Source: a virus. Taken from it: a DNA stretch of 64,000 bases. The notes below the pieces were generated by a model. The model did not search any database, had not been told where the DNA came from, and was given only the letters and a program-made list of their open reading frames with translations. The translations under genes and the position numbers were made by a program. Positions 63,957 to 64,000 of this stretch are shown in pieces (position 1 is the stretch's first letter; each line of letters begins with the position of its first letter). Location: the IMG/VR virus record IMGVR_UViG_3300045988_179183; one strand, written 5' to 3'.

Positions 63957-64000
63957 ATTTTATTTATTTATTCTGATTCAATTTAATTACTCAACAACTT

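Noticed and set aside
1-64000. Search for tRNA genes, CRISPR arrays, integrase/att sites and long direct or inverted repeats.
   Set aside because: Intergenic regions are all under ~125 nt and are accounted for by promoter boxes and terminator hairpins. I saw no repeat-spacer periodicity, no cloverleaf-sized gaps, and no recombinase-like ORF.

Overview
The window is a contiguous stretch of a tailed dsDNA phage genome with a contractile-tail (myovirus-type) structural module. Every credible gene is on the minus strand, about 60 tightly packed CDS, often with 1-10 nt overlaps. I saw no tRNA, rRNA or CRISPR.

Gene order, from high to low coordinates:
- **Structural genes (64.0-34.1 kb):** capsid, head-tail genes, sheath, tube, tape measure, baseplate, and three very large tail-fibre or adhesin genes.
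- **Unknown genes (34.0-31.6 kb):** a block of small ORFs.
- **Replication, packaging and nucleotide metabolism (31.6-0 kb):** DnaQ-like exonuclease, TerL, DnaB-like helicase, primase, a 7-deazaguanine DNA-modification island, DnaE, a gp32-like SSB, Mre11/Rad50, RecA, RuvC, a ThyX-like protein, NAD-ligase and an SNF2 helicase.

Main points of interest:
1. A complete preQ0-type island (folE-queD-queE-queC plus DpdA) that also carries a second divergent TGT/DpdA-like paralog and a small ParB-like protein coupled to DpdA.
2. An unusually high load of selfish elements. There are four LAGLIDADG inteins: RecA P-loop (Ala1 with the WCT signature of class 3), the QueC zinc motif, and two in TerL. A GIY-YIG-containing intervening sequence, probably a group I intron, splits dnaE just upstream of its catalytic DIDTDF motif.
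3. A 1.9 kb segment of the 1665-aa tail-fibre gene with no CpG dinucleotide, plus a second CpG-poor block. This indicates mosaic acquisition of fibre modules.
4. Bacteroidota-style promoters (TTTG-N19-20-TAnnTTTA), including five copies of a ~25-nt conserved box. This suggests a Bacteroidota host.

All functional calls come from motifs read in the supplied translations and from gene order. No database search was possible.
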